This document shows positions 63,666 to 64,000 of a stretch of 64,000 nucleotides of DNA, piece by piece. The translations under genes were made by a program, and so were the position numbers. The stretch comes from Vicugna vicugna. Its lineage: Eukaryota. Every line of letters begins with the position of its first letter. The stretch's first letter is position 1. A model generated the notes under the pieces. It was not told the origin of the DNA. It did not search any database and was given only the letters and a program-made list of their open reading frames with translations. Location of the stretch: NCBI GenBank assembly GCA_013265495.1, contig MU058418.1, forward strand, positions 558,001-622,000, read 5' to 3'.

Positions 63666-64000
63666 ACAAGCCATCCGCTTCAAAGTTCAGTGGACGTGCC
63701 ACCTCTCAGTGATGTCCAGCCTGTGACAAGGTTACTTCACATCACAGGGTTATTTCCCTGAGAGGCAGTTAATTGCCTCTCCCTTCGGCTCCCATGGCTC
63801 TTGTTTACGTGGAACGAGGCCACTTCTTGAGCCATCCTTCCCACGTCATTCAGGCTGCTTGAAGCCAGGCACTTTGCATCTTTGAAGAACTATTCTCCAC
63901 CCCCGAAACAGAAAACATTGGCTGAGTTGAAGCCCTTTCCTCCTACTAGCCTAATGGGAGAAGATAACAGGGAACCCATCCCCAGAAACCAGAGCAGGCA

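Noticed and set aside
1..64000. CRISPR array, prokaryotic operon, endogenous viral ORF or other novel multi-gene system
   Set aside because: I saw no regularly spaced repeat-spacer structure, no intact transposase, reverse-transcriptase or viral ORF, and only one protein-coding gene. The window is explained as a mammalian gene 3' end.

Overview
This is mammalian genomic DNA, most likely from a camelid (inferred from the tRNA-derived SINE family and the L1 3' ends). It covers the 3' part of SOBP (sine oculis binding protein homolog) on the + strand. Positions 1-39211 lie in a long intron whose upstream exon I did not find in the window. A 1,956-nt GC/CpG-rich exon (39212-41167) encodes an FCS-type zinc finger, the Pro-rich region, SUMO-interaction motifs and the C-terminus, with the stop at 41162-41164. 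An 18,158-nt intron starts 3 nt after the stop and leads to a purely 3'-UTR last exon (59326 to ~61260). The rest is ordinary intronic and intergenic sequence with SINEs, L1/L2/L3/MIR fragments, DNA-transposon fossils, microsatellites and a few enhancer-like motif clusters. I found no RNA genes, no CRISPR arrays and no convincing novel biological system. The best leads are a candidate HCF-1-binding motif and SUMO module in SOBP, possible alternative 3' ends, a 69-bp dispersed duplication, a three-level nested transposon and several perfect inverted repeats. Repeat family names come from recognition, not a search, and the boundaries of old repeats are approximate.
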